Shown here in pieces: positions 63,642-64,000 of a DNA stretch of 64,000 nt (positions are counted from its first letter, which is position 1; the number at the start of each line of letters is the position of its first letter). Source of the DNA: an uncultured Thermoplasmata archaeon (GTDB taxonomy: Archaea; Thermoplasmatota; Thermoplasmata; Lutacidiplasmatales; UBA184); assembly GCA_963842165.1 (NCBI GenBank), contig CAWJFK010000025.1, positions 125,681 to 189,680 on the forward strand, in the 5' to 3' direction. The position numbers were made by a program, and so were the translations under genes. The notes under the pieces were generated by a model. It had not been told where the DNA came from. It worked only from the letters and a program-made list of their open reading frames with translations, and ran no database searches.

Positions 63642-64000
63642 ATGCTGGCGCGAATCCGAATCGAGAACGTAGTGGCGTCGACCTCGCTGGCCGAGACTCT
63701 CGACCTGCAATCGATCGCCCTTACCCTCGACGGGGCCGAGTACGAACCCGAACAGTTCCCGGGCCTGATCTACCGACTGAAGCAGCCCAAGACCGCGATC
63801 CTGTTGTTCCGCTCGGGAAAGGTCGTCTGCACGGGCGGCAAGAGCATGCACGAAGTCGAGGAGTCGATCCACCTCGTGGCCACCCAGATCAAGAAGTCGG
63901 GCGAGAAGATCAACATGCACCCGAAGATCGAGGTGCAGAACATCGTCGCGACGTCCGACCTCGGTTGCGAGATCAACCTCAATTCGATCGCAATCACTCT
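63642..64000 (+). CDS. tbp: TATA-box binding protein paralog (3' truncated by window end)
   Basis: [119 protein letters not shown]. Confidence 0.85.
   Translation, partial: MLARIRIENVVASTSLAETLDLQSIALTLDGAEYEPEQFPGLIYRLKQPKTAILLFRSGKVVCTGGKSMHEVEESIHLVATQIKKSGEKINMHPKIEVQNIVATSDLGCEINLNSIAIT

Noticed and set aside
1-64000. Looked for a CRISPR array, IS elements or transposases, integrases, phage structural genes and toxin-antitoxin pairs
   Set aside because: No direct-repeat arrays, no transposase, integrase or capsid-like ORFs, and no GC-content discontinuity. The window appears to be core chromosome.

Overview
This is a high-GC (about 67%) archaeal chromosomal segment. Archaeal markers include two TATA-binding protein genes, aIF-1A, Orc1/Cdc6, a class-I CCA-adding enzyme, Bud32, the RNase P Rpp21 subunit, archaeal-type GluRS and a class-III-signal-peptide pilin. 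The window is densely packed with housekeeping and central-metabolism genes. These include an etfBA-fixC locus, two fatty-acid beta-oxidation clusters, and a bacterial-style oxidative pentose-phosphate operon (full-length transketolase, a transaldolase/phosphoglucose-isomerase fusion, gnd, zwf, pgl, flanked by a ROK glucokinase). There is also metF plus a split metE, an ABC transporter, a cluster of surface/pilin-like proteins, several zinc-ribbon proteins, tRNA-Ala(CGC) and tRNA-Leu(CAA). More than half of the recognisable genes are broken by single-base frameshifts (TBP, EtfA, CCA enzyme, transketolase and others), most likely indel errors in the assembly; coordinates of frameshifted genes are approximate. 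I found no CRISPR array, IS element, integrase or prophage. I did not find a clearly novel multi-gene system; the most unusual items are the horizontally acquired-looking PPP operon, the paralogous pilin-like extracellular domain carried on two different anchors, two GC-rich non-coding stretches with repeats and hairpins, and a triple zinc-ribbon RGG-tail protein.
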